Source: Octopus sinensis (Eukaryota). Taken from it: DNA of 64,000 nt. Position 1 is the stretch's first letter. Every line of letters begins with the position of its first letter. The position numbers were made by a program, and so were the translations under genes. A model generated the notes under the pieces. That model searched no databases and was not told the origin of the DNA. It saw only the letters and a program-made list of their open reading frames with translations. Below, piece by piece: positions 63,066 to 64,000 of the stretch. The DNA is taken from assembly GCF_006345805.1 (NCBI RefSeq), contig NC_043007.1:15872001-15936000 (forward strand). The letters run 5' to 3'.

Positions 63066-64000
63066 CAGTGATACCCCGCACTACAAGTTTTATTCGTTCC
63101 ATAACTGAGCTCGTTTAACGATTTATTCGTTTTACTATTTACTCGTTTTACAAATCAATTTTCCCCATTGAAATTAACTAATATACGAATAATCCGTTCC
63201 AGCCCGCCAAAAGCATCCAAAAATAACTTTTATATGAGTTTTAAAACAGAAACGGTATAGTTACAAGTAAAATGACAATTATTAAAAAGAGCATGCAAAA
63301 GAAATATGCAAATTGGTTTTATAAACTGAATTACCTGAAAGATGGGACGATCTGTGCATGAGGAAGACGATAGAGCGAGAAGGAGGGTTGCTGTTTGGAA
63401 GAAGAATCAGCCATTAAAACTTCAGCAAAAGTAATTTCCGGTGTGTTCTCTCTCCGCTTAATTTAGGCTTTTTGGATGCATTTTCTTCACTTTTACACTT
63501 GCAGGTCGTTTCATTAGACTGCTTTTTCCTGCCTTTCAAAATGTTATGAAAATGTGCCAGAGCAGAGTCATTAAATAAAGCAGTTGCACGACCTGTAGAT
63601 AGTTTATCAGGATGATAGTTTTCTACAAATTCAGAAACATACTGCCACTTTACCAACGTTGCCTTTATGTCACTCGTAGAGATAGCCTTCTCCACTACTG
63701 TCTTCTCCTCCGGGGAACCAATCTCTTCCACCGCATCCAAATGCTGCTTCTTGATGCTGCAGGAGTTCATCTGTCGTCAGCTCCTCTGAGTGTTCCTCGA
63801 CGAGATCGTTAATGTCCCATTCGTCAACCTCAAGGCCCATGGACTTGCCAAGAAACACTATCTTCTCGACTACAGGTATCTCTGGCTCAAATCCCTCGAA
63901 GTCTCTTTCAGATACGCAGTCAGGCCACAGTTTCCTCCATGCAGAATTCAGCGTCCTCGTTCCACTCTGCCAGGCCATATCGATGATTTTCAGGCATTTT
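63066..64000 (-). mobile_element. Tigger/pogo DNA transposon, 3' end with frameshifted transposase C-terminus
   Basis: AWQSGTRTLNSAWRKLWPDCVSERDFEGFEPE...LGKSMGLEVDEWDINDLVEEHSEELTTDELL resembles the Tigger/TIGD1-type C-terminus. Terminal CAGTGATACCCCG at 63066. It continues off the window. Confidence 0.88.

Overview
Eukaryotic, AT-rich and very repeat-dense DNA. The repeat set (tRNA-head SINEs with CORE-like and Nin/Deu-like domains, very large TATG/TCTA/TA/GT microsatellites, RTE/CR1/Tx1/Dong-R4 LINE relics) resembles what is described for octopus/coleoid cephalopods; this attribution is inference. I recognise no intact host protein-coding gene, and nearly all long ORFs in the track are microsatellite or SINE read-throughs. 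Protein-derived relics I do recognise: BEL/Pao gag-protease (22.0-24.8 kb), hAT/Charlie transposase (43.3-45.3 kb), CR1 RT C-terminus (54.2-55.2 kb), Tx1/L1 zinc-finger region (58.6-59.8 kb), RTE, RTE-X and Dong/R4 3' ends, and a Tigger/pogo transposase (63.1-64.0 kb). Best observations beyond the checklist: (i) four unrelated type-I hammerhead ribozyme folds (20342, 45529, 48130, 61666), probably from Penelope-like or retrozyme elements; (ii) a SINE that appears to prefer GGTATT target sites, a motif present in its own head, which would explain its recurrent head-to-tail multimers; (iii) a Tx1-like LINE inside a (TCTA)n array with a roughly 100-bp target duplication; (iv) a perfect 38-bp-arm palindrome; (v) an indel-free, GC-rich 47 x 18-bp array with five of six frames open. 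All folds, alignments and translations were done by eye. Hammerheads in Penelope-like elements are a known phenomenon, so novelty of these particular families is unverified.
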